Source: Obrimoposthia wandeli
Taxonomy: Eukaryota
Assembly: GCA_977020255.1 (NCBI GenBank)
Contig: CDROCS010003282.1
Location: 186,001 to 250,000 of the forward strand
DNA: 64,000 nucleotides
Direction: 5' to 3'
This document shows positions 1-10,409 of the stretch, one piece after another; within the stretch, counting starts at the first letter, position 1; each line of letters begins with the position of its first letter. The translations under genes were made by a program, and so were the position numbers. Below the pieces are notes generated by a model. The model was not told the DNA's origin, searched no databases, and saw nothing but the letters and a program-made list of their open reading frames with translations.

Positions 1-420
1 GCGATGGGAAATGGCAGTGTCCAACATGTTCTTGTATGAATGACAACAAGCACAAAAGTTGCCCAGCTTGCACTACGCAGAACCCAGCTACAGCTTCATT
101 AAGCAACCCAGAAACTGAAGCTGTAAGCAGAGCATCATCAACTTTTGACCTGTCAAGATTCAGCGCTGGGAAATGGCAGTGTCCAACATGTTCCTGCATG
201 AATGACAACAAGCACAAAAGTTGCCCAGCTTGCACTACGCAGAACCCAGCTACAGCTTCATTAAGCAACCCAGAAACTGAAGCTGTAAGCAGAGCATCAT
301 CAACTTTTGACATGTCGAAATTCAGCGATGGGAAATGGCAGTGTCCAACATGTTCTTGTATGATTGACAACAAGCACAAAAGTTGCCCAGCTTGCACTAC
401 ACAAAACCCAGAAGTAGCCG
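1..420 (+). repeat. 162-bp coding tandem repeat (54 aa, one RanBP2 zinc finger per unit), at least 3 units
   Basis: MNDNKHKSC.. unit starts at 36 and 198, a third near 360; the right gene copy has 2 such units. Confidence 0.9.
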
Positions 421-2648
421 CTTCTACGGAAGTAGATTCTCCCATTCTATTTGGCAAATCGCAGTCCAGTGACACAGACAAGCTTTCCAATGTATCATTG
501 CCATTCAACCTTTCCTCAAGCAGCGTTGGTGCGGTCATTAAGTTTGGCTTCAGTTCTTCACCAATGTCGAAGGTGGAGTTGACGGTAAAGGCAGAATCAG
601 ACGTGAAACGGCTGTGGACATGTAACGAGTGCACAACTGTCAACAATGCCGATAAAACAACGTGTATCGCTTGTGGCAATGGTAACAATATACCTGACTA
701 CGAGGGGAACAGCGAAATATCTTCGCACGACAGTGACGTACTTATAACCCACGAGCCCTACGTCACACAGGAACAGATTAACCGTGCCAAGGCACTTCAA
801 TTGCCGTTCTACTTCTTCTATTTTGAAAATCTTTCTGATTTAGAAGAACAGTCCGATGAAGACACTCAGTTCCTTCCTCAACATAGCTCCGCTTTGAAGG
901 GTCATCTAAATAAAGGGAAATGTACCGACTTTGCCTGTGACCAGAACAATTCCGGTCTTTTCTCGAATATACCGAGCTCTATACCTAGTTCGAATATTTT
1001 TGCAGACGTGCAGCCTAATCAGCATATTCCAAATCTGTTTGCCAAGAATGAGACACCAACGAGCACCGTCAATCTTTTTGGTAATAATACATCCAATGGG
1101 AGTATTTTTGGAAATTCACAAAATCCCGTAGAATCCAAAATCCTTGGAAATCAATCAGCAAACAGTTTGTTCGGAGACAATTCAACGTCTTCAAAATTAT
1201 TCGGTAACATGTCTGTCTCGAGTCAAGGCACCGTCAATCTTTTTGGTAATAATACATCCAATGGGAGTATTTTTGGAAATTCACAAAATCCCGTAGAATC
1301 CAAAAGCCTTGGAAATAAAGCAGCAAACAGTTTGTTCGGAGACAATTCAACGTCTACAAAATTATTTGGTAACACATCAGGCTCGAGTCAAGGCACCGTC
1401 AATCTTTTTGGTAATAATACATCCAATGGGAGTATTTTTGGAAATTCACAAAATCCCGTAGAATCCAAAAGCCTGGGAAATCAATCAGCAAACAGTTTGT
1501 TCGGAGACAATTCAACGCCTACAAAATTATTTGGTAACACATCAGGCTCGAGTCCAAGCACCGTCAATCCTTTTGGTAATAATACATCCAATGGGAGTAT
1601 TTTTGGAAATCTACAAAATCCCGTAGAATCCAAAAGCCTGGGAAATAAAGCAGCAAACAGTTTGTTCGGAGACAATTCAACGTCTACAAAATTATTTGGT
1701 AACACATCAGGCTCGAGTCAAGGCACCGTCAATCTTTTTGGTAATAATATATCCAATGGAAGTATTTTTGGAAATTCACAAAATCCCGTAGAATCCAAAA
1801 GCCTTGGAAATCATTCAGCAAACAGTTTGTTCGGAGACAATTCAACGTCAGCAAAATTATTCGGTAACATGTCAGCCTCGAGTCCAAGCACCGTCAATCC
1901 TTTTGGTAACAGTTCGAGCCTGTTTGGCCAGAAAGATGGCTCTACAGAAAATGTGTCTAAGTTATTCGGCAACGTGGGGAAGTTAAGAAATTCTAATCTA
2001 TTTGGAGAGACACCGCAAGTTAATGTTTCTGATAAGAAAGAACCAATCAATCTTTTTACAAGTAAGAGCGATTCAACAAGCATATTTATCTCGAACCCTT
2101 CATCGAGTACTGCTGAGTCAAGTAGTTTGTTCAAGTTCAATCTTGAGTCTGGGTCTGCAATCAAATTAGTTGAAGCTACTACGGAGAAAGAAGACGAGTC
2201 AGAACCCGGAAACGACCATGATCCACAATTTGAGCCTATTGTTCAGCTGGAGAAAGTGAAACTCATAACGGGTGAAGAGGGGTATGATGTGGAGTTCAGT
2301 GAGCGTGCAAAACTTTATCTATTTGGGAATGGAGAGTGGAAGGAGTGCTGTCTTGGCCCGATGAAGATTCTAAAAATGGAAAAAGAATCCACAACGGAAG
2401 GAAGGCTTTTGATGAGACAGGAGATTGTAGAGATTATTCGCTGTAATCAGAAAGTTACTCGGGAAATACCAAATTTTGTGGTAGCCAAAGAAGGAAAGGC
2501 AAAGAACATGGTTTGCTGGTTTGCTATGGATTTCAGTAAAGAAGAACCCACCAAGGTACAAATGATGATCAAATTCAAGACAGGCGACATCTGTGAGAAA
2601 TTCGTTGACACAATCAAGAAGATCCAAGAAAACTTATCAGAAGATTAA
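1..2648 (+). CDS. RANBP2: RanBP2/Nup358-like nucleoporin, 3' part (5' end lies outside the window); left copy
   Basis: Frame is open from base 3. RanBP2-type zinc fingers (W-x-C-x2-C-x3-N-x6-C-x2-C: KWQCPTCSCMNDNKHKSCPAC, LWTCNECTTVNNADKTTCIAC), LFG/IFG repeats, and a C-terminal Ran-binding domain (DPQFEPIV..TGEEG..FSERAKLY..EWKE..G.MKIL..RLLMRQE). Near-identical to the reverse complement of 56006-58200. Confidence 0.88.
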   Translation, partial: DGKWQCPTCSCMNDNKHKSCPACTTQNPATASLSNPETEAVSRASSTFDLSRFSAGKWQCPTCSCMNDNKHKSCPACTTQNPATASLSNPETEAVSRASSTFDMSKFSDGKWQCPTCSCMIDNKHKSCPACTTQNPEVAASTEVDSPILFGKSQSSDTDKLSNVSLPFNLSSSSVGAVIKFGFSSSPMSKVELTVKAESDVKRLWTCNECTTVNNADKTTCIACGNGNNIPDYEGNSEISSHDSDVLITHEPYVTQEQINRAKALQLPFYFFYFENLSDLEEQSDEDTQFLPQHSSALKGHLNKGKCTDFACDQNNSGLFSNIPSSIPSSNIFADVQPNQHIPNLFAKNETPTSTVNLFGNNTSNGSIFGNSQNPVESKILGNQSANSLFGDNSTSSKLFGNMSVSSQGTVNLFGNNTSNGSIFGNSQNPVESKSLGNKAANSLFGDNSTSTKLFGNTSGSSQGTVNLFGNNTSNGSIFGNSQNPVESKSLGNQSANSLFGDNSTPTKLFGNTSGSSPSTVNPFGNNTSNGSIFGNLQNPVESKSLGNKAANSLFGDNSTSTKLFGNTSGSSQGTVNLFGNNISNGSIFGNSQNPVESKSLGNHSANSLFGDNSTSAKLFGNMSASSPSTVNPFGNSSSLFGQKDGSTENVSKLFGNVGKLRNSNLFGETPQVNVSDKKEPINLFTSKSDSTSIFISNPSSSTAESSSLFKFNLESGSAIKLVEATTEKEDESEPGNDHDPQFEPIVQLEKVKLITGEEGYDVEFSERAKLYLFGNGEWKECCLGPMKILKMEKESTTEGRLLMRQEIVEIIRCNQKVTREIPNFVVAKEGKAKNMVCWFAMDFSKEEPTKVQMMIKFKTGDICEKFVDTIKKIQENLSED
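1064..1910 (+). repeat. 165-bp coding tandem repeat (55 aa FG repeat), 5 full units plus a partial
   Basis: CACCGTCAATC recurs at 1064, 1229, 1394, 1559, 1724, 1889. Confidence 0.92.
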
Positions 2649-2993
2649 CACTTTGTGTATTGTTTATATGTTACTTTATAAATAAAATATGAGCACTTTC
2701 ATCACTTTTTTCAATTTGAGCTGTTTTCGGAAAATGTAGTTATTATCGCGAAGTAATTTTGTACATATCTATGGATCACCAAATGTCAGTTCGCTTCTGT
2801 AAAATGAATGACTTTACTTTCTTAGTTAGTATATTTAGAGTATATCAATAATTTCCGAAAGTTTTGTGTTAAGGAACCATTTCTTAAATCTCAACATTGT
2901 AGGGCATTTACAAGCAGTTTTATATTTATTATGGACAGTCTACTCCCGCTAATTCGACTCCCTTGTTTATCAGACTCTTTTTGGTAGAACGAA

Positions 2994-3176
2994 TTAAGAT
3001 ATGTTAATTACTGACATTTTTTCAATTCCGCCTCTATTTTCTCTCTGTCCCAACTGTTCTACATTCATATTACATGCATTAGCCATATTCTCAATTACTT
3101 CTTCAATATTATTCAAATTAATTTCCTCAATCTCTTCTGGATTGGCAATTTCTATATCTTCTTGATTTAATTCCAA
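2994..3176 (-). pseudogene. Possible N-terminal fragment of a retrotransposon gag (mirror copy 55478-55660)
   Basis: Acidic Asn/Ile-rich stretch then MA..NV, loosely like the start of the gag at 8904; no diagnostic motif. Confidence 0.3.
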
Positions 3177-4784
3177 TATTTCCTTGTTACAAATCAGTCA
3201 AAAAGAAACTCTTGGTTGAAACTGCTGACCGATTTACAGTTACTGTTTCTTCGACAATAAAATATTTGTAACTTCTTCATCTGCTCGAGGAATCTGTTCT
3301 ACTCGGCTCTGTTTATTATTTTTATATCTTCCCGAGGAATTTGTTCCACTCGACTATGTCTTCTAATATTAAACGCGTGTCCTCTTTGACTATCCGTCTT
3401 ATCTCTTTATGACTTCGATTCTCTTATTGCCTTCGAAACACCGTTAAGTGATTAGCTCTCGGCTAGCCTGTTTGTTACTGAATCCGAGCGTTATCAAAAG
3501 GGTGAGTATTATCCAACTGAAATCCGTTTTACTATGTTAAGGTTCAATATATTTATTTTAGTACAATGATTTGAATCACTAAAAATCAAACTACAAATTA
3601 CACTAATAAACGATTATTATGGACAGGGTGACACTACGATTTTACAATTTACTTGGCGGGATACGGTTTATTACACCTTAAGTATTCGTTATTGATTCCC
3701 ATTTAGTACTTTAATTTATGACTTCAATATTCTACACAACTGTTAAACTTCAATTCTTTACTTTATTACTTTAGCACTCAATGGTTAAACCTTTTTTATA
3801 ACACTCCGAATTACTAGGTTATTGGGGCTCTACTGTATTCCTTCGAGTCGGTCTCCTTCATAGTGTCAGCCTCGTTCTAGTTTTTATGCGTCCCCAAGAA
3901 TACTCCTTGTAAAATTGTCTTATTTCCTGAAGTATCGGTGGCTTCGTTCCTTTGATCCGTATGATTTCACGAAGATAATCCTGGTGCAACTGTTCTGCAA
4001 TTCTTTGGGTTCTTTTTCGTATAATCTGACTTTTAAAACCAATACATATAAAAGAAATAAATTACCTTTAATTCTAAAACTCAGTGGTTAGAGAGAAACA
4101 TGATTCTAAAGTTATTATTAAGAAAATATACATTACTTATGAACAACCTATTAACAACAGTTTATTTACTGTACATACTGCTTATAGGACACACTCCTAT
4201 TATATAGGATATTAAGTCAAGGTTTGCATTCACTTGTACATCAAACGCATTAAACATTATAAAGTAATTAATAATTTTAAACTAAAATCTGAGATTTGTA
4301 CTAATATTTGTCAGAAGAAATGTAACCAAATTATTTAACACATTTTTATAAAAAAATTATATTTACTTTTATGAAAAATGATAATCGGTAGATAAAACAT
4401 ATTAAGATTTACAATAAACACGTCCTATGTGGGAATATATACGGTAGTTTATTTAAAATTAATATTTGTATAAAATAAAATCAAAAAAATGTATATTTAA
4501 TGTTACACAGTTTACAGTATACTCCCGTTAATCCAATCCTTTGCACCTCCATATAAAATGGGTCTTCAATTTTATATTTACAAATCGCTTTAATAAAATC
4601 TCTGCTCACTTCAGTACGTTTTATTATCAGGAATTTTTTACACGTTTTAACAAAATAAATTTTGACACAATTATTCAGTGATAAAATTAATATAGTTTTC
4701 GAAGCATGAGTTAAAAAAGCTAGGAGTCCGATTAGAGAGTTTTGAATGCGACGTTGAGACCAAACTTTACACAACTCACTGCAG

Positions 4785-5500
4785 ATCGCAAAGTTTAAAG
4801 GATATGTGGAAAGTTTCTGTGACTTCTTCGCAGAATATTCGAGTTGCGCATTTGTTCAAGGATGGAACGATAGAGAAAAATGTATTTGCGTATAAACACA
4901 TTTGACAGGATTAGAACTTGAAGTGAATAAACATATGACAGGAGCAGAACGTGAAAATTGGGAAACATTGGAAACTGTTTTTCTAGGAAAATTGGTATTG
5001 GGAGATTTAGCGAAAGTAAATAAACGAATTTAGAGAGAACGAAAACAGAAACATGATAAGAGCGTGAATGAATACGCATATGTTTTGAAAATCTTAGGAG
5101 CACGAGCGCATCCAAGAAAAATATTGAGAAAGGCTGCAGGCATAACTGTAGCTGCAGATGTACAATTAGTAGAAGATATTCAGAATCAAGGTGAAATGGC
5201 ATAAGTTTTGTTAGATATATTCAGAGGTGGATTGAAAAGGATAGTTAAGTGTTAAACAAAATAGACACAATAGACAAAATAGTCATCGAGTACAGTTTGA
5301 AGATGAACATAATAAAATATGTATTCAAGGAAGAAAACAGTGTTATATGTGTAAACAAATGAATAAACAAATTTAAACCAATTATGCAAGAAATTGTACA
5401 AGGGGTAAAGAGTTTGGTAATAGTAATTACAGAGGATATAATACACCCACCATAAAATATATGTGGAAGGTATACTCCACTGCAATGGAGAACGAATAAT
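4785..5500 (+). pseudogene. gag: Decayed Ty3/Gypsy gag of an older element
   Basis: Reading through stops gives IAKFKGYVESFCDFFAEYSSCAFVQGWNDREK..THLTG..RENWETLETVFL..RKQKHDKSVNEYAYVLKILGARAHP, collinear with the gag at 8949; CYMCKQ knuckle remnant near 5340. Confidence 0.7.
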
Positions 5501-5978
5501 CAGTACAGGGATAGACAACAATCACCAGGGAGATATAATTATTATGCAGATAGACAGCAGTAGCTCAGAGATATGATAATTCAGGAAGATATAATAATAA
5601 TGTTGAAAAGACAAATAATCGCGAAAGTTCATCGAAATCAAAAGAAAATTTGAGTTACATAAATAATGACAGTGATAGAAATAGTGAAACAGAACTTAGA
5701 CATGAAATAGATTTTGAAGACAATGATAATAAATTCGAACGAAAGTTGGGAATAATTGAAAATTCACCACATACGAAAATGGCGAATTCATCTACGTTAT
5801 CACGTTAAGAAAAAAAGCATCGCACAAGAGACGAGTTTAATGATCTGATGAATTGAGTCTTAGAAGCATATGAGACACCGATAGAAAAGAGTTGTAATGC
5901 ACAACCTATGATTGATCATGTAGAGACAGCGATGAATTCACAGAGTATCGAAAATGTTTACGAAATAATTAGTGTAAC

Positions 5979-7283
5979 TGTTAAGTTTAATTAATTAAAA
6001 GTTAATTAAAAAGTGCATTAGGTGCACATTTATTCCTTTCTGCCCAGTTCAAATTGCCTGGAGATGCTGCCATTTCTCTCTCTCTCTCCCCACAACCGCA
6101 GCTATCTCCCTCGGCATGCGACCGGCCTCCTGATTTTTGCCACTGCTGCTGCGACTAGTTTATCTCTTCCCCTTTCTGGCACGTGCTGGTGGCTAGTCGG
6201 TCCACAATCGTCCCAGTTGCTGTGGGGACTGAAGTGCAGATTATTTCGGACAGCGGCATCGGCCGCCTCTCTTTACTCTTCTCTCACCTCAAGATGCACA
6301 CACTCACAGAGCCTACCTGAATCTATGCCACATCAGCGACAATTATCCTCTCCCCTTACAACAGTACATCTGACTGATTTTATTGATTTTACCCATGTGT
6401 ATGCGTGTGTGGGCATGGCTTCTCCTCCAGTTACCTCTTCCCGATGCAGAAATTCCCCAACTACTGCGCCTATCTATCAATAAAGTCGAATCAAACTGAC
6501 CTATTTTCCCTTGTCTATTCCCTCTACCAAGCCGCCAATTGTGTTCCCCATGTACCATACAAGTCGACAATTCCCATCTGCCCATTCTATCACTTTCCGT
6601 GGCACCCAAACTCTAACTTACCATCTGCAGAAATTCTGCACATAATCGCCCTTTTTCCCTATCGATTATCTTCGCCGCTGCCGATGCTGCAATTCTGCAG
6701 CTGGCATTTATATACACTTGCTATAAATAGCAACAACAAATTGATATTGCTATAAATAGCAACGACAATATTTTCAGTGTACACAACTAAATTGGAAAAT
6801 CTATCGTTTCACAGAAGTCGTATTGATATTGGAAATCAAACAAAAAACAACCTAACACAATTTTGTTGAATTATTGAAAATTGTTGAGGCAGAAGTCGTA
6901 TTGATATTGGAAATCAAACAAAAAACAACCTAACACAATTTTGTTGAATTATTGAAAATTGTTGAGGCAGAAGTCGTATTGATATTGGAAATCAAACAAA
7001 AAACAACCTAACACAATTTTGTTGAATTATTGAAAATTGTTGAGGCAGAAGTCGTATTGATATTGGAAATCAAACAAAAAACAACCTAACACAATTTTGT
7101 TGAATTATTGAAAATTGTTGAGGCAGAAGTCGTATTGATATTGGAAATCAAACAAAAAACAACCTAACACAATTTTGTTGAATTATTGAAAATTGTTGAA
7201 ACAAAAATCATATTGTTATTAAATACAAATTTCGAGAATTTTTAGGACTTTTGGATCGAGTTATTATTATCGTTATTATAACA
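5979..7283 (+). repeat. 5' LTR (1305 bp)
   Basis: Direct repeat of 19443-20823; begins TGTTAAG, ends TATAACA. Confidence 0.97.
6813..7200 (+). repeat. 78-bp minisatellite inside 5' LTR, 5 units
   Basis: AGAAGTCGTATTG starts at 6813, 6891, 6969, 7047, 7125. Confidence 0.95.
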
Positions 7284-7284
7284 T

Positions 7285-7302
7285 TGGTGAGCCCGACTCG
7301 GA
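7285..7302 (+). promoter_or_regulatory. Primer-binding site (tRNA not assigned)
   Basis: TGGTGAGCCCGACTCGGA starts 1 nt after the 5' LTR; TGG is complementary to the tRNA CCA end. Confidence 0.75.
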
Positions 7303-8903
7303 ACACTGAACACCACAGGTCATTTATTATTTTTGATTTTTAAATTGTTTTATTTTATTTTATAAAAACTAAATTTTTCTGCATAATTATAGTGCATATA
7401 CATATATATGAATATATTTTTTTTTTAACTTAATTTGATTGTAGTAATTTATTTGGAGTAATTTGATTGTAGTAATTTATTTGGAGTAATTTGATTGTAG
7501 TAATTTATTTGGAGTATTTTGATTTTCCTAAAGAAAATTTTTGCAAAAATATTAATTTTGTGTTAGAAAATTGATTATTGTATTTAAAATTATATTTATT
7601 TCTAATAGTGATAGATAGAATTTCATAATCGTATAAATATTATTTTTGAAAATTAGGGATTCTTATAGTCTCACGAGTATTGTTTAAAAATTTTCGACCA
7701 TTTTTGAGCGGGACTGTTCCTCACTCTGCGGTAATCGAAACAAAGGTTCCGAGACCAAAATAAGCAGATAACCGTAGAATAAGGGAGCAGTTGTGGTCTT
7801 GGTGGTTGGTTAAGAAGGTAGAAAATAGAATTGCGGGAGACTGTAGGAATACCTTGACCTAAACATTTCTGAAAATATAATTACTGTTTAAAAGTTCATA
7901 TATCATAATTTTTATTAAAAACAATTTTACGGTTTTACAATTGTATTTGATTTTTGATTCAACTACTTATACCATTTATATTATCTCTCGAAGTTGGACT
8001 TACTATTTTACATTCATTTTTATTCTTTGGTAAACTGAATTGGAACCATAGAGTTGTTACATTAAAAAGTTGACATCATTAAAAATTATAACTAATTCAT
8101 AATTGTTAAAATCGTATATATTGTATACCATTTTTCAAATTTAACTTTGAAAAGTATCAATAAATAATCCTATTGTTCTGCGTATATATAAATATTTTTA
8201 TTCCTATCTTCATTGATAAAGTATAACAAACAATTAATTGACTTGTTGTTTGTAATAAAAGTAATCAGATCAAATAATATTTTATTAATAAAAAAAATAA
8301 AAAAAAATTTATACGTAACAATAATATAACTGAATTAGATTGACCCTTAGCGGTGGTGTATAGCTGATTTATTCAAAAGTAAGGATACTGTGATCAACCT
8401 CAAGCACTTACAGAATTTTGAACAAGATTTTTCTGTATCCATTTTTCATAATTGCGAAACAAGGATAGCCGACATCCAATAGGTCAGCAATCTTGAGAAG
8501 TCTGGGACAAATTATCTGATTCAAGAAAAGCTAAAAATTGGTTATTTAAACATTATAAATTCAACAACTTTAATAAAATCTACAACATAGTGATAAAAAG
8601 CGTTGAATAAATAAAAATAATAAAATTCATAAATCCAAACGTAGCGCTAGTCTTCACTGGCGACGAATTCAAGCCCGACTAGTAAGAACAGAACCTAAAG
8701 AATCACCACCACAGAGACCTAAATCTCAAATAAGCTTTAGAACAAATAGCGAATTTTTCCCAGAAACTTCATTACAACACCAACACCCAATCCAACTAAA
8801 CTTAACCAGCTCAGAAAGTCTAACAGATAGCCTTACTAACCAAACACTAGAAACCGATAGCTCAACAGAAGCTACTCAAAATACAAACACACCAGAACCC
8901 GAA

Positions 8904-10409
8904 TTGAACGAACCAAATAATATAGAAATAGATAATCAACCTCAAATAATGGCTGATCATAAATTAAATGTTCCTTTAGACGCTTTCAATGGCGATAAAT
9001 CTTCACTACCTGAATTTTTAAATAGATTTGATTCATTTGCTCAGGCATTTGAATGGACTAATGAAGAGAAACTTAGGGTTTTTCCAGCGTATTTAAAAGG
9101 CACTGCCTTAACAATTTATAGAGGATTAAACAATGAACAAAAGGACACATGGGACCATTTAGTTCAGAATTTTCAAAATATGATTTTGGGAACCCAATCA
9201 GAGCAAAATTACTTAAATCAGTTTAGACAACATGAGCAACATTTAGGAGAACCCACAAATATTTTTGCAATTGAATTAAGACGTTTAGCCCTAAAATCAT
9301 TCCCTGGAATTGAGGAAGTTTTAAGAGAGCGCTTACTGTTACATCAGTTTCTACATGGATTAAATAATAAAATCAAAAATCATCCAGCTCTACTAGAAGT
9401 AGAAAATTTTCAGCAAGCTGTAAATAAGGCTCAGCTTGTAGAAACAAGATTAAACATGTTACAACAATCTGAAGTTTCAGCATTAACCTTTGAAAAAATA
9501 CAAAGACCAACAACACCACCAAATTTCAATCAAACTCAAAACTATAACCCAAATACACAATCTAATTACCAAAGCCAACAACAATATACACCACCGACAA
9601 ATAACTTTTATAGAAATCAAACAAACAGAAACTATACAGACTCACAAATTACACAAAGACCTTTCCAAAAATGTACAAATTGTGGACTGAAAAATCACAC
9701 AATAGAGAATTGTTATAAAATAACCAACAACAAATTTTGTAGATTTTGTAAAAAAGACAATCATACTATTGAAACTTGCCGAAAATTGTTATACAGACAA
9801 GGTAATAATATAAGACCACAAAATAATAACTTTAACAATCCTAATAATAATTTCAAAAATACTAATAGTAATTTTAGAAGCCCATATAATAATTTCAATA
9901 ATCAAAATAATCAAGCTAAATATTTTAATACTAATACAAAATTTTGTAAAATTTGTTATATGAAAAATCACAATACTGATGAATGTAGCAAACTAAATAC
10001 AATGATTAACCAGTTTGGTAACGCAGCAGTGAAACAACAACAACCACAACCACAGAGTCAAAAAACAGTACAGTTTAACAATCAAAATCAACAATATGCT
10101 TACAGAAACCCAATACATACTATTGAAAACACTGATATAAATCAGGAAACAGAGGAGGTTGCATTGATGAGATTAAGACAACAAGAAATAGATAATCGCT
10201 ATAAAGAAACACATCAGCAATACCAAAACAATGAGCAAAACACAAATAGTACCAACTCTCAATCTGAATTCGGAGAAATATTTAGAAACGGTTGTCTAAC
10301 ATTAGAAAAAAGAACACAAATAAGTACAAAAATTAATCAAACTACTCAAACACAAAATAAAAAATCGAAAAATAAAAATAAACGAAAATCACCAAAAAAT
10401 AGTACATAA
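8904..10409 (+). CDS. gag: Gag (capsid plus three CCHC zinc knuckles); first ATG at 8949, frame open from 8607
   Basis: FNGD..EFLNRF..WTNEEK..LKGTA..W..L capsid pattern; CX2CX4HX4C three times (CTNCGLKNHTIENC, CRFCKKDNHTIETC, CKICYMKNHNTDEC); N/Q-rich linkers; basic C-terminus. Confidence 0.93.
   Translation: MNEPNNIEIDNQPQIMADHKLNVPLDAFNGDKSSLPEFLNRFDSFAQAFEWTNEEKLRVFPAYLKGTALTIYRGLNNEQKDTWDHLVQNFQNMILGTQSEQNYLNQFRQHEQHLGEPTNIFAIELRRLALKSFPGIEEVLRERLLLHQFLHGLNNKIKNHPALLEVENFQQAVNKAQLVETRLNMLQQSEVSALTFEKIQRPTTPPNFNQTQNYNPNTQSNYQSQQQYTPPTNNFYRNQTNRNYTDSQITQRPFQKCTNCGLKNHTIENCYKITNNKFCRFCKKDNHTIETCRKLLYRQGNNIRPQNNNFNNPNNNFKNTNSNFRSPYNNFNNQNNQAKYFNTNTKFCKICYMKNHNTDECSKLNTMINQFGNAAVKQQQPQPQSQKTVQFNNQNQQYAYRNPIHTIENTDINQETEEVALMRLRQQEIDNRYKETHQQYQNNEQNTNSTNSQSEFGEIFRNGCLTLEKRTQISTKINQTTQTQNKKSKNKNKRKSPKNST

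Noticed and set aside
597-2627. Short antisense and alternate-frame ORFs over RanBP2 (also 56027-59181)
   Set aside because: Shadow ORFs of a repetitive coding sequence.
6022-6755. ORFs of 88-153 aa within the LTRs (also 19679-20217 and 23255-24135)
   Set aside because: They overlap on both strands in GC-richer LTR sequence and have no motifs; they recur only because the LTR is repeated.
6813-7200. CRISPR-like array (also 20275-20740 and 22967-23207)
   Set aside because: Units are head-to-tail with no unique spacers, lie inside LTRs, and the context is eukaryotic.
7285-7302. Naming the primer tRNA
   Set aside because: It only loosely resembles Arg-type sites from memory; the host tRNA set is needed.
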